From Candidatus Aegiribacteria sp. MLS_C (lineage in GTDB: Bacteria; Fermentibacterota; Fermentibacteria; Fermentibacterales; JCC-6), in NCBI GenBank assembly GCA_002030045.1, contig LQBI01000031.1:94854-158853 (forward strand): 64,000 bases of DNA, written 5' to 3'. Positions 50,929 through 61,681 of the stretch are shown here, in pieces. The position numbers and the translations under genes are program-made. How positions within the stretch are numbered: position 1 is the first letter of the stretch; every line of letters begins with the position of its first letter. The notes under the pieces were generated by a model, which saw only the letters and a list, made by a program, of their open reading frames with translations, was not told where the DNA came from and made no database searches.

Positions 50929-51828
50929 CTAGAGAGTGACTATAGCGACCCCGGCAACGGCCAGCAGCGCACCGGCCAGCTCCGGGATCCGGACCCTCCG
51001 TCCCATGATGAACTTCTCGGGTACCATTATGAATACAGGCACCATGGCCATTATGGTGGACGCTATTCCAACCCGTATGAGCCTGACGGCCACCAGGGAG
51101 AGGGATACCCCCAGGAATGGACCGAAGAAGGATCCCAGTCCTACCATCCTCATGGCCGTGCCGTTCCCGGCCGCCTCCCTCAGCCTGCGGCGGAGACCTG
51201 ACAGGGGGAGTGCAAGGGCGAAGACCGCCAGGGCGGCGATCAGCCTGATCTGGTTCGCCGCGAAGGGATCGTAGTCCCCCATACCGTACTTGCTCAGGAC
51301 CAGGCCCGCCGCCTGGCCCACTGTCCCGCCCAGGGCCAGCAGTATGCCGCCGGCGGGGTGTGCCAGCCTTACCCTGCTGGATTCCCTCACCACTATCACC
51401 ATACCTATTCCCGAGACGGTGACGAGTATGCCCAGCCAGTGTCCCGGCGACAGCGATTCGTTCAGGAAGACCCGGCCGGCAAGGGCCGTGACCGGAGGCA
51501 CCAGCGCGTAGATGACCATCGATATCCGGCTGCCTATGAGCACGAAGGCCCGGAAGAGGAAAAGGTCTCCTGCCACGAAGCCTACGAGCCCGGAGAGTCC
51601 GAGCCAGAACCACCTCGAGGTTCCAGCGTCGACAGGCAGAGGGAGACCCCTGGTCAAGGTGGTGTAGATCGACAGCAGTACGAAACCCGCAGCCAGCCGC
51701 ATGATGTTCACAGGGAGGGATCCCACCCTCCTGCCGGCGGCCTCGAAGGAAATCACCGTGACGGTCCAGCAGACCGCAGTGCCAAGCGCCGCCAGTTCTC
51801 CGGACCCCATCGATCCTCCGTCCAGCAT
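50929..51828 (-). CDS. EamA/DMT-family transporter
   Basis: Ten predicted TM helices in two EamA-like halves. Confidence 0.7.
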   Translation of the reverse strand: MLDGGSMGSGELAALGTAVCWTVTVISFEAAGRRVGSLPVNIMRLAAGFVLLSIYTTLTRGLPLPVDAGTSRWFWLGLSGLVGFVAGDLFLFRAFVLIGSRISMVIYALVPPVTALAGRVFLNESLSPGHWLGILVTVSGIGMVIVVRESSRVRLAHPAGGILLALGGTVGQAAGLVLSKYGMGDYDPFAANQIRLIAALAVFALALPLSGLRRRLREAAGNGTAMRMVGLGSFFGPFLGVSLSLVAVRLIRVGIASTIMAMVPVFIMVPEKFIMGRRVRIPELAGALLAVAGVAIVTL

Positions 51829-51952
51829 GCACGTTACAGGCCGGTATTATACGATGAACCCTGCGGAAAGGGGTTTCCTGTGCTCCAGCTTCCGAGTTAA
51901 ATTGCTCAGACTGTGAACGAAGAAGTCCCTCGCTCTGCAGGAGGAAGGTCCA

Positions 51953-54900
51953 ATGGAAACTTCCGGCTACGGCTCCCCAGTCTCTGAAGCGGCGGCCGCA
52001 CTTGAGGAGAGCCTTTCCATGTACTCACGCGGAAGCAGGTTCCTTGCCGGAAGGACTGACCGCCTGGTGGACGGGGAGAGAAGGAAAGTCGCCGTTCTCT
52101 TCCTGGGGATCGCCCTGGAAGCAGGCTCCGGCGGAACCACCGATCACGATCTCTTCCATGGAGTCCTGGCCGGAATAATGGACTTCCTGTCTTCGGTGGT
52201 GGAATCCTTCGGAGGCTACGTGGACAAGAGCGAGGGTGCAAGGCTCATGGCCCTCTTCGGGGCCAGGTCCGCCGCCGAGAACGACAGCGCGCGAGCCGTG
52301 GGATGCGGCCTCAGGATGGTGGAGATCCTCCGGGAGGTCGGTCCCGCGCTCCCTGAAGGCAGTTCGCTCCAGGCCGGGGCCGGGATCAATTCCGGCACCG
52401 TCGTTGTCGCCCCGGACCCTGCAGGACACCTCACCGCCACCGGTTCCACAGTCAATCTGGCCTCCAGGATAGAGGAGATGGCGGAGCCGGGCACCGTATT
52501 CGTATCGAGTGGCGTACGGGAGGAATGCGGCGACCTCTTCGAATTCGATTCAAGGGGCAGCTTCGCTGTGAGGGGGACCTCGTCCACCGTATGCATCTAC
52601 CAGCCTGCCGGTCCCGGGAGACTGCGGAAGGAGAGGTGGGAGAGGGCGGCACGCCTGTCCGGAATACCCATCTTCGGCAGGGAAAGGGAACTGGAAAGAC
52701 TGGAGGAGCTTGTGGGAAGGGCTTTCGGGGATACCCCCGGAACCGTCCTGGCAAGGATCAGGGGAGAGGCCGGCATAGGCAAGTCCAGGCTCCTGCACCA
52801 CCTTCTGGAGAGCATCGGGGGCGTCGCCGTACTTCACGGTCACACGGAACACTTTTCCCGGACCCCCTTCTCGATCTGGCTAGATATTCTCAGGGGGTAT
52901 CTCCGGACAATGGACGACTCCGAGGGGGTCATAGCCGACAAGCTTGCCATTCTGGCGGACGGATGCCCCGACGGAAGACTGGCTGCCAAGGTGAGGGAGG
53001 AGATACCCAGGCTCACTGCATTCCTTCTGTACGGAGGACCTGATGCCGGCGGCGGCAGCCCGGAGGAGAGCCGTGCCCTGGCGGTCGCGATACGCCTTGT
53101 ACTAAGCGCGCTCTCCGCTTCCGGTCCCCTGCTGCTGGCGCTGGAGGACCTTCACTGGATGGACGAGGCCTCCGCCAGGGTGCTTCAGCTCTTCACCGGT
53201 TCAGTTGGAGACGGTGCCGGCGTTATGATAGCCGCCACCGAGAGACCCCCGGAGAGCGGACCGGCGATTGAGGAGAAGGGATGGGAGATCATGGAACTGG
53301 ATCCCCTCGGGTCGAGCCCCATCGCGGCGATCTGCGACCATCTGCTTTCCGACGGGGGGGAACCCGCGGACATGGATCCCTGTCTCACGGACTTCCTGCA
53401 CAACGGCGCCAGGGGCAACCCGTTCTACGCCGAGGAGCTGGTCCTGAGCCTGCACGAGATCGGCGGCATCGTCCGCGGCAGTGACGGAAGATGGAGACTC
53501 ACCACCGGCGTCGCTGACATCGGCGTCCCTCCCGGCGTCGCCGCCCTGATCCAGTCGAGGGTGGACATGCTGCCCGGGGAGGAAAGGAGGATACTCCAGA
53601 TCGCGTCGGTAATAGGTACGGCGTTCAGAAAGGGTCTCCTGAAGAAGGTAACCTCCGGGCTCGGTCTTCGGGAGTATCCGGAAGTATCGGTACAGAAGCT
53701 GGTGGAAAAGGGCTTCCTGATTCCGGAGAATGGCGGGAGGCTGTCCTTCAGGCACGACCTCGTGAGGTCCTCGGTCTACGGAACTACCCTGATGCACAAC
53801 AGGAGGATCGTGCACGGCATCACCGCCGAGGCCTGCGAGGAACTCTATTCTGATGAAACCGGAATGATGGCGACCGTGGTCTTCGACCACTGGAGACTTG
53901 CCGGCAGGAGCGGGAAGATGCTGGAGTGGTCGGACAGGGCACTTGCCGGGGCAAGGGACGGGGACCTCGTTTCCGAGATAATACGAATAGCCGGGCACGT
54001 GCTGGAGGTTACCGGCAGGGATTCGTCCGACGGCGAGTGGTCCTCGAGGATGTTCGCGATGGAATTGATGCAGGCGGCGCTGGGCAGGTCGGGCAACCTT
54101 TCCGAAGCCCTGGATGTCACCGAGGAATTCCTCGCGGAGGCCTCGGCCGGGGGCAGACCGGACTGGGAAGCGGTGGCGCTGAGAGCCAGGGGAATCCATC
54201 TGAACGAGATGGGCAGGCACGAGGAGATCGAAGCAGTGTACGCCCGTGCTCTGGAGATGGCCCGGGTGGCCGGCGACGGAATGCTCATCGCCCGGGTCCA
54301 CGGCAGCATCGCCAACTTCTACTCGGATACCGGCAGGAACGACCTGGCCCTGGAGAACTACAGGGCCGCAAGGGAGATACTTGTACGGGAGGGCAGCAGG
54401 GAACAGCTTGCATCTGCCCTCTGCAACACCGCCAACCTGATGGTCCGCCTGGGGAGGAGGGAGGAGGCCGCGAAGGAGTTCCTGGAGTCCATACGCATAT
54501 GCAGGGAGAGAGGGATGAGGGCCTCGCTGGGCTATTCGCTCAACGGCTACGCCATCCTCCTGGCGATGGAGAACAGGCTGGAGGAGGCTGAGAAGGTATT
54601 CGAGGAGGCGCTTGACTGCCAGAGGGACATAGGTAACAGACCCCTGGAGTCAAGTATAACGGGCAACCTCGGTGTGCTGACCAGGATGCTCGGGGATCTC
54701 CCCCGATCCCTGGAGTACAGGGAGTCCGCCCTGCGGATGGTCCGTTCCTGCGGCAGCCGCAGGTCGCTGGCCATAGCACTGGTGAACATGGCAAGTATCC
54801 ACAGGCTGATGGAGAACAAGGAAGCCGCTCTAAGCTACTGCGGCGAGGCCCGTTCGGTGGCGGAGAGCATCCGGGACCCTGCCAGTCTCTGTCATGCGGT

Positions 54901-55108
54901 GAGCATCCAGGGCATGCTGTACCTGGCCATGGGTCGAAGAAAAGACGCCATGGAAGCCTGCGAGGAGGCAATCCGCCTGGTGGAGTCCCACGGCATCTCT
55001 TCGGGCACACTTGAAGACCTGGATGATTTCCTGGGCATTATGATGGAATACGGTCTGCCGTGCAGGAGGCCGTCCAACTGGGAAGACGGAGGGACCGGAG
55101 AGCTCTAG
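51953..55108 (+). CDS. adenylate/guanylate cyclase domain - AAA/STAND-type ATPase - TPR repeat protein
   Basis: Class III cyclase-like N-domain (VAVLFLGIA…GINSGTVVV…GSTVNLASRIEEMAEPGTVFVS); P-loop GEAGIGKSRLL; C-terminal TPR array. Confidence 0.75.
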   Translation: METSGYGSPVSEAAAALEESLSMYSRGSRFLAGRTDRLVDGERRKVAVLFLGIALEAGSGGTTDHDLFHGVLAGIMDFLSSVVESFGGYVDKSEGARLMALFGARSAAENDSARAVGCGLRMVEILREVGPALPEGSSLQAGAGINSGTVVVAPDPAGHLTATGSTVNLASRIEEMAEPGTVFVSSGVREECGDLFEFDSRGSFAVRGTSSTVCIYQPAGPGRLRKERWERAARLSGIPIFGRERELERLEELVGRAFGDTPGTVLARIRGEAGIGKSRLLHHLLESIGGVAVLHGHTEHFSRTPFSIWLDILRGYLRTMDDSEGVIADKLAILADGCPDGRLAAKVREEIPRLTAFLLYGGPDAGGGSPEESRALAVAIRLVLSALSASGPLLLALEDLHWMDEASARVLQLFTGSVGDGAGVMIAATERPPESGPAIEEKGWEIMELDPLGSSPIAAICDHLLSDGGEPADMDPCLTDFLHNGARGNPFYAEELVLSLHEIGGIVRGSDGRWRLTTGVADIGVPPGVAALIQSRVDMLPGEERRILQIASVIGTAFRKGLLKKVTSGLGLREYPEVSVQKLVEKGFLIPENGGRLSFRHDLVRSSVYGTTLMHNRRIVHGITAEACEELYSDETGMMATVVFDHWRLAGRSGKMLEWSDRALAGARDGDLVSEIIRIAGHVLEVTGRDSSDGEWSSRMFAMELMQAALGRSGNLSEALDVTEEFLAEASAGGRPDWEAVALRARGIHLNEMGRHEEIEAVYARALEMARVAGDGMLIARVHGSIANFYSDTGRNDLALENYRAAREILVREGSREQLASALCNTANLMVRLGRREEAAKEFLESIRICRERGMRASLGYSLNGYAILLAMENRLEEAEKVFEEALDCQRDIGNRPLESSITGNLGVLTRMLGDLPRSLEYRESALRMVRSCGSRRSLAIALVNMASIHRLMENKEAALSYCGEARSVAESIRDPASLCHAVSIQGMLYLAMGRRKDAMEACEEAIRLVESHGISSGTLEDLDDFLGIMMEYGLPCRRPSNWEDGGTGEL

Positions 55109-55962
55109 TGTTCGATGAACCCGCTCCCGTCCCATGCATGGACCGTGGAGTATGTATCCGTGAGAACGTAGTCCTCCGTCCCCTCTTCCCACTGGGATAC
55201 CTCTGTCAGCACCCGTACCTCTTCGGGTCTGCCGGAGCTGTCCGCGGGCAGGACGAATGACTGTACGAACCTGTATTCGGAAGCCTCGAACTGCGAATCG
55301 GCCGACGGGCCCATTATCAGCTCATCCCCGGTCCAGCAGAGGAGAATGTCCCGGTTGAGGAAACCGCAGGCCTCGTAGATGAAAGACAGCCTGACGATGT
55401 CCCTCAGGCCCCTCAACCCTTCGGGTACGGCAGGAGCGCTCCTGACCGAATAGCTGTAGGGGACCTGTCCGAAACCGCCGTCGGGCGGGCTGAATACGAT
55501 TTCGCTGACCATCCTTCCGGAAACCAGGACCCTGGCGGCAGAGCTGAAGGAGCAAGTCCCGGGGTCGTAACCCGTAATTCCGTACAGGAAGAGCGTATCT
55601 CCTCCCAGCGGCTGGAACGCAAGTGCCAGGGACGTGCCGGTCATCCAGCCTTCGCACACGCCCCTTTCCCGAGGAACGGACACACTGTACCAGTACGTGG
55701 CGGTGCCGTTCTCCAGGAGAATATCTCCTCCAGAACCGGTTATTTCCACCTCGGTGCCCGCCGGAAGCATGTCGACCGAAGCCGACCCTGTATCCGCATC
55801 CTCGTATACCACAGCGCCATCGGAGAGAGTCAGGGCACTCCCATCGGTGAAATCGCCGTGCCAGTAATCCGCCCTCGAGAAGCCTGTTGCCGTCGACAAC
55901 ACCACCAGGCACAGGACGACAGTTCTATGAATCATGCTCCTCCGTCCGATTCCCTTGCTCAT
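55105..55962 (-). CDS. secreted hypothetical protein, co-operonic with the upstream hybrid kinase (4-nt overlap)
   Basis: Signal peptide MIHRTVVLCLVVLSTA; no recognised domain. Confidence 0.5.
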   Translation of the reverse strand: MSKGIGRRSMIHRTVVLCLVVLSTATGFSRADYWHGDFTDGSALTLSDGAVVYEDADTGSASVDMLPAGTEVEITGSGGDILLENGTATYWYSVSVPRERGVCEGWMTGTSLALAFQPLGGDTLFLYGITGYDPGTCSFSSAARVLVSGRMVSEIVFSPPDGGFGQVPYSYSVRSAPAVPEGLRGLRDIVRLSFIYEACGFLNRDILLCWTGDELIMGPSADSQFEASEYRFVQSFVLPADSSGRPEEVRVLTEVSQWEEGTEDYVLTDTYSTVHAWDGSGFIEH

Positions 55963-58370
55963 TCCTCCAGGATGCTGCCGAGGAGGTCTGATATCTGGTT
56001 CAGTGAATAGGGCTTGGTTATCACACCGGAGAATCCGTGGCTTGAGTAATCGCTCATAATGGATGCATTGGAGTAACCGCTGGAGACTATGGCCCTGACA
56101 CCGGGATCCATCTGCAGCAGTTCCCTGACAGTCTCTGTCCCTCCCATGCCGTCGGGCACTGTAAGGTCGAGGATGACCGCGTAGTACGGGCGGTGGTCCT
56201 CCATCGCCTTCCTGTACATGTCCAGCGTCTCAGAACCCTCCGATGCGGTATCCACCTCGTACCCGAGTTCCTTCAGAAGAGCGCCGGCGGTGTCCCTGAT
56301 CATCTTCTGGTCGTCCATGATGAGGATCCTCCTGCCAACGCCCTGATTCTTTCCGCCCTGTGCCACCGGAATGTCCTCCACGTCGTCATCAGCGGCGGGC
56401 AGATACACCGTGAACTCCGTCCCCCTTCCCAGTTCGGTGTCCACCCTTATGTGTCCCCCGTGCTTCCTGACCATCGAATAGGCGGTGGCGAGACCAAGAC
56501 CGCTTCCGTTGCTCCTTGTTGTGAAGAAGGGGTCGAATATTCTGTCGAGATGATCCTGCTGTATGCCGTAGCCGTCGTCCCTGATGAAGACCTTCACGTA
56601 CTGGCCCGGAGCGACCCCGGAAGGATCTCCACTGTCCAACGTATCCGCCTCCGCGCCGATGTGGACCCTTCCGCCCCCCGGCATCGACTGGACCGCGTTG
56701 ATTATGATGTTGCTGAATACCTGCACCAGCTGGTCGCTGTCGGCGGTTACCGCAGGGAGTCCCGGCGGCACATCGAACTCCGCCGTGACGTTGGATCCGC
56801 TCAGGACGAAGGATGCCGCTTCCCTGAGCAGTCTGTCGACGGCCACCTTCTTCTTGACCGGGTTGCCTCCCCTGGAGAATGTGAGCAGCTGCCTCGTCAG
56901 GTTCGAGGCCTTGCTGGCGGCGTGCTCGGAGCCTGTGAGGATCTCGTAGAGGTCGCTCCCCGGTTCCACCATGGTCCTGGCAAGGGAGATGTTCCCGATT
57001 ATGGCCGTGAGGAAGTTGTTGAAGTCGTGGGCGATCCCGCCGGCCAGGAGCCCCAGCGACTCCAGCTTCTCTATCCTCCTCTGCTCCTCCTCGAGCTTCT
57101 TGATGTCGGTTATGTCCCTGGCCACGCCGAGGACTGCTTCCTCTCCCGCGTAGGCGATGTCCCTCACGGAGAACTCCACTGACCTTATGTCGCTGTCGCT
57201 CCTGAGTACCCTGAGCTGGAACACGTTCGGGATCTCCGCGAGCCCTTCCAGCGGCTTGCCGTCAGGGCCGACACTTTCCCGGTCGTCAGGATGGAGGAGC
57301 TGCCGGAAGCTCATTCCCAGCATCTCCTCCCGCGTACGGAGAGCGATGTCGCACATCCTGTCGTTGACGAAGAGGAAGCGGTCCCCTCCGTAGATGTAGA
57401 TTCCGTCATGGCTCTGCTCGACCAGGGTCCTGTACTTCCTCTCGCTTTCCTCCAGTTCAGCGGTCCTGTCCCTGACCAGCTCCTCCAGCCGGAACCGGTG
57501 GTTGGCCAGTTCCTCCTCGACCTGCTTTCGTCCGGTGATGTCCCTGACCGTCGCCTGCAGCAGCTGTCTGCCCCTGATCTGGATCCTGCTGAGGAGAACC
57601 GTTGCGGGAAAATCCTCGCCGTTGACCCTTCGGTGGGTCCACTCGAAGAAGTTCGAGCCATTCTCCATCGCCCTGTCGATCATCTCCTTCGCCTTGATGG
57701 CGGATATCTGGCCGTCAGGCTGGTATTCCGGCGAGAGTTTCCACGGCTGATGCGAGGTGAAATCCGCCTCGCTCCTGCATCCGAACATCTCTATGGTCGC
57801 GGGGTTGCCGGCGGTGAAGCTCCAGTCAGGAGGTTCGAGGGTCATTATGGCGTCTCGCGAGTTCTCGAAGAGGGAGCGGTATTTCTCCTCGTTCTCCCTC
57901 TGTATCTTCTCGGCCTTCTTCTGTTCAGTTATGTCGATGAAGCTGAGCAGCAGGAGTCTGCTGGAATCGGTTGTACTGTGAACGTCGGAGGCGTTCAGGG
58001 ACATTATCCTCTCACCGATGTTCAGGAGGTTGAGGTTGGCCTCGTAACCGTCGAAATCCCTGTGTATCGAGAGTAACTCGTCAAGAAGCTCCCTGAGGCC
58101 CTCAAGGTCAAGGATGCCTCCGCCGATGGAGAAGACGGGCTCTCCCTTGACCTTCTTCGCCTCGATACCGAACATTTCGGTGAAGCTGGTGTTGCTGAAC
58201 ACAACATTGAGCGACGAGTCCAGGACCAGGATGGGTTCGGTTATGGCAGAAATGATCGATGAAAGGAAATCGATGCATTCGTCGGTGCTCATGCCCTCTA
58301 TGGGGCAGGAACGGCATTCATCCTCCGGTCCCTCGCCGAGTATTTCGCCAGCCTTTTCGGGATTCACCAT
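55959..58370 (-). CDS. multi-PAS hybrid sensor histidine kinase with C-terminal receiver domain
   Basis: HisKA (IAHDFNNFLTAI); HATPase (DDGYGIQQDHLDRIFDPFFTTR…GSGLGLA); REC (ILIMDDQKMI…LDLTVPDGMGG). Confidence 0.8.
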   Translation of the reverse strand: MVNPEKAGEILGEGPEDECRSCPIEGMSTDECIDFLSSIISAITEPILVLDSSLNVVFSNTSFTEMFGIEAKKVKGEPVFSIGGGILDLEGLRELLDELLSIHRDFDGYEANLNLLNIGERIMSLNASDVHSTTDSSRLLLLSFIDITEQKKAEKIQRENEEKYRSLFENSRDAIMTLEPPDWSFTAGNPATIEMFGCRSEADFTSHQPWKLSPEYQPDGQISAIKAKEMIDRAMENGSNFFEWTHRRVNGEDFPATVLLSRIQIRGRQLLQATVRDITGRKQVEEELANHRFRLEELVRDRTAELEESERKYRTLVEQSHDGIYIYGGDRFLFVNDRMCDIALRTREEMLGMSFRQLLHPDDRESVGPDGKPLEGLAEIPNVFQLRVLRSDSDIRSVEFSVRDIAYAGEEAVLGVARDITDIKKLEEEQRRIEKLESLGLLAGGIAHDFNNFLTAIIGNISLARTMVEPGSDLYEILTGSEHAASKASNLTRQLLTFSRGGNPVKKKVAVDRLLREAASFVLSGSNVTAEFDVPPGLPAVTADSDQLVQVFSNIIINAVQSMPGGGRVHIGAEADTLDSGDPSGVAPGQYVKVFIRDDGYGIQQDHLDRIFDPFFTTRSNGSGLGLATAYSMVRKHGGHIRVDTELGRGTEFTVYLPAADDDVEDIPVAQGGKNQGVGRRILIMDDQKMIRDTAGALLKELGYEVDTASEGSETLDMYRKAMEDHRPYYAVILDLTVPDGMGGTETVRELLQMDPGVRAIVSSGYSNASIMSDYSSHGFSGVITKPYSLNQISDLLGSILEE

Positions 58371-59046
58371 GCCGAACGCCCCTGTCTGCCTTGTATCGAC
58401 CGAACTCGGTCATCATATAATAGCTGCCCCTGAGGCGGAGCAAGTACTACGGATATACCCCGCGATTCCTTGCCGCAGCCTGCCGGCGGATTATCTTCCC
58501 TTATGCCTTCATTCCTAAAGGGAGGGCTGTGGACGGGTTGCTTACGGTCTTCGGGTCAGGGAGTTCTACGGGGAGACTGTCGCCTCCGGGACCCGAGTAC
58601 CCGTGGAGTCCCTCTCCACTTCGCTTCCCGGGGGCCCTGAGAACTGGAGGGACGCGGCTGGATCACTCCTGGAGAGGCTGCAGGAGGACGGTGTGTACCA
58701 CCCTTCGACCATGGCTTCGATATCCGTCTCTGAAGAGGCTGCCTGCGCACCGGCCGACTGCTGCGATACGGTCATCAGGGAAGTCCACGGGCCCGGAGGG
58801 GAGGGAGATCCGAACACCGCCCCGGTCCTGGACCGCTTCAGGGTTTGCAGTAGGTGCGGCGGGATCCTGTGGTGGCATCCCCTCCGCGGTGAGTACATGC
58901 CCCATTCCAGCCTGCTCAAGCGTACGCGGCGGGGAACGGCGGCTACGTAAACTAAGCCCCGGTCAGCAGTTGACGATAAAGGGCGGTCCGGTCATACTAC
59001 TTACTGCTTGTTCGAACAGCAGAACCCGTTCCGGAGCGGCGGACAT

Positions 59047-60030
59047 ATGGGCAAGAGTGCCAGCAGGATCCTGAGCATACTGCGGGAAAGCGACGGCTAC
59101 GTCTCCGGTCAGGAGATATCCGACATGCTCGGTATCTCGAGGACCGCAGTATGGAAGAACATAAACAGCCTCAGGGATTACGGTTACACGATCGACGCAG
59201 TCTCCAACAGGGGCTACCGCCTCCTTCGGGGAGTGGACATTCCCACCGCCGACGAGATAGGCCGGCAATGCGCAGCCTCGGTATTCGGAAGGGAGATCGT
59301 GTACATGGCATCGTTATCCTCCACGAACAACCTGGCCATGATGCTGGCTGCCCAGGGGGCGGAGCACGGTACTGTGGTCACTTCCGACGAGCAGACCTCC
59401 GGAAAAGGAAGGATGGGGCGCGACTGGTATTCGCCGCCCGGGACGAACCTGTACATATCGGTGGTCCTCAGACCGCCTGTTTTTCCTGCCGAGGCGTCGC
59501 AGATACCCATCCTGGCGGTCCTGGCGGAAATGCGGGCCATGCGCAGGCTCTGCCCCGGCCTGGATCTGGCCGTCAAGTGGCCCAACGACGTGTACTGCAG
59601 TGGGAGGAAGGTCTGCGGTACTCTCTGCGAGATGAAGGCCGAGACGGACAGCGTGGAACACCTTGTGGTCGGTACGGGCATCAATGTGAACGCCAACCCT
59701 TCCGACCACGACATGCCGCTGACCGCCACATCCCTCTTCATGGAGACCGGACAGAAACAGTCAAGGGCCGAACTGGCAGCCCGGTTCCTCGAGGACTTCG
59801 AGCGTGTCTACGAGCGATGGCTTTCCGAATGCAGCCTCGAGCCCTTCATGATGGAATGGAACTCGGCGTCCCTGCTCCTGGGCCGGCGGGTGGACGTACG
59901 GACGGCCAGCAAGGTCATCACCGGAATATCGATGGGTATTGCGGAGAATGGCGCATTGAAGCTGCAGCTCAAGGATGGCACGAAGAGGCTGGTCTACGCC
60001 GGCGACGCTACCCTGCACGGAAGTTTCTGA
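59047..60030 (+). CDS. birA: bifunctional biotin-[acetyl-CoA-carboxylase] ligase / biotin operon repressor
   Basis: N-terminal wHTH (YVSGQEISDMLGISRTAVWKNI) and ligase core (QTSGKGRMGRDWYSPPGTNLYIS…KWPNDV). Confidence 0.85.
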   Translation: MGKSASRILSILRESDGYVSGQEISDMLGISRTAVWKNINSLRDYGYTIDAVSNRGYRLLRGVDIPTADEIGRQCAASVFGREIVYMASLSSTNNLAMMLAAQGAEHGTVVTSDEQTSGKGRMGRDWYSPPGTNLYISVVLRPPVFPAEASQIPILAVLAEMRAMRRLCPGLDLAVKWPNDVYCSGRKVCGTLCEMKAETDSVEHLVVGTGINVNANPSDHDMPLTATSLFMETGQKQSRAELAARFLEDFERVYERWLSECSLEPFMMEWNSASLLLGRRVDVRTASKVITGISMGIAENGALKLQLKDGTKRLVYAGDATLHGSF

Positions 60031-60092
60031 ACTTTCCGTTATGGTTGCCCCCGGGACCGGGGGGAACAATATTCATTCTTTGAGATATCACC

Positions 60093-60563
60093 ATGTTGGA
60101 CACGATGAAACGAGAGGGGGTATTCGGCTTGAGCCTGGTAATGATAGCGGCTCTTCTGATAGGCGTAGTTGCTGATGACTTCGAACTCCCGCCGGACATA
60201 GTCTACGGCACCATGAACAGGACCGGCAGGCTGGCGGAGGTCGATGCCGGAGGACTGCAGGTAGTCCTCTCAGTCAGGGAAGGGGATCACGAGACTTTCT
60301 GGTCCTTCGATCCTCTGCTGAACAGTTTCCTGTCCCTTCACACGGATGAGCAGGCAGTCCTGGAGATCGAGGACGTCGAGACCTGGATGCCGGAGGAAGA
60401 AGCCATGGTCAGGTTGCTGCGAGTGGTGGACGCCACCATTGGAGAGATCACCTTCCGTGCATGGAGCGATTCCCTGGAAGCAGGGGGTACCCCGGGCGAA
60501 GTACTCGAGGACCCGGGAACTCCCCGGGGCGAGGATGACTGCGAGGGGGACGGAGGAAGATGA
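60093..60563 (+). CDS. hypothetical membrane-anchored protein
   Basis: N-terminal TM helix GVFGLSLVMIAALLIGVV; acidic C-terminus. Confidence 0.4.
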   Translation: MLDTMKREGVFGLSLVMIAALLIGVVADDFELPPDIVYGTMNRTGRLAEVDAGGLQVVLSVREGDHETFWSFDPLLNSFLSLHTDEQAVLEIEDVETWMPEEEAMVRLLRVVDATIGEITFRAWSDSLEAGGTPGEVLEDPGTPRGEDDCEGDGGR

Positions 60564-60574
60564 CCGGCTGACGC

Positions 60575-61681
60575 TCAGTCGGTGATCTCTTCCAGTTCAT
60601 CTGCACGGTAGGTCGACAGGGGCGTCGGATCCTCCATGTTCCTGCCCGGATGGTATTCCAGTGCGGGCTGCACCAGCGATCCCGCCCTTATGAATAGATC
60701 GGCCACGGGTATTCCCACGGGACACGCATCGCTGCACTGCCCGCATCCGGTGCAGTACGGGGCTATGTGGTTCAGCCTTCCCAGGTGGAACTGCAGTGTG
60801 CCGGGTGGCACTCTCAATGCACCCCTTCTTTCGGCCTCGTGCCCTATCAGCGAAGGTGGATAGATTGTCCTCGCGGTCTCGTAATCGCACAGCAGGCAGG
60901 TGCACAGGGGACACGCCTGCCGGCATGCCCTGCAGCCTATGCATTTGGCGAACAGGCTTACCAGTTCCTCCAGACCGCTGCCGGCGGACGGGCCCTTCTC
61001 AATGAAGTCCTGCCGCTGAAGGGACCTGCGCCGGGCGACAGCCCTGGTGAGCTGCTCCAGGGACGGCCCCTGGACGATCTCGAAACCGGTAAGGTCTTCG
61101 GCCATGGACGCCGCCGCCTCGGACCTCAGGAGTATTCGAGTGTCTTCCGGGCTTTCATCCGCTTCCAGAAGCAGGACCATGTCGGCAGGGTCCCCGGGGA
61201 CGAAATCGGTGCAGACCGAGCATGCGGTCCTGTAACCGGATCCGCCGCCGCTCTTTCCTGAGTCATTTCCCGAGGCCTTGCCGGAGTCTCCGACCCCGGG
61301 GCAGGTGCAGCTGATGAAGAACATGTTCTCCACGCTGCCCTGTGACTGTTTCACGTTCTCGATAAAGGCCCTCAGCTCGCAGGGTCTTATGATGACGGCG
61401 ACCTTCTCCTCGAGCGGCCGCGATACCGTCAGCTGGGAGAGTGCCCTTGCGGCCTGGACCGGCATCAGGGGATGGAACGGGACCGCTTCCTCGACAAGTC
61501 TCGGATCCGATATGAGGGAATAGCTGAAGCTCTCGTTGCCGGGGATGCTGCGAAGCGAGAAGACGGCCTTCACGGAACCGCTGACCAGGAGCTGCCTCAG
61601 GATGCTGCGAACCCCCTCGACGTGGTCTCCGGGACACCGGATGTACCGCCCGCCCGCCGTTGCCTCAGTCCTCGAACTCAT
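60575..61681 (-). CDS. FrhB/FdhB-family protein (coenzyme F420 hydrogenase/dehydrogenase beta-subunit-like) with 2x[4Fe-4S] ferredoxin insert
   Basis: CIGCRACRQACPLC and CTGCGQCSDACPVG. GAGGAGGA RBS; 17-nt overlap with the upstream paralog. Confidence 0.7.
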   Translation of the reverse strand: MSSRTEATAGGRYIRCPGDHVEGVRSILRQLLVSGSVKAVFSLRSIPGNESFSYSLISDPRLVEEAVPFHPLMPVQAARALSQLTVSRPLEEKVAVIIRPCELRAFIENVKQSQGSVENMFFISCTCPGVGDSGKASGNDSGKSGGGSGYRTACSVCTDFVPGDPADMVLLLEADESPEDTRILLRSEAAASMAEDLTGFEIVQGPSLEQLTRAVARRRSLQRQDFIEKGPSAGSGLEELVSLFAKCIGCRACRQACPLCTCLLCDYETARTIYPPSLIGHEAERRGALRVPPGTLQFHLGRLNHIAPYCTGCGQCSDACPVGIPVADLFIRAGSLVQPALEYHPGRNMEDPTPLSTYRADELEEITD

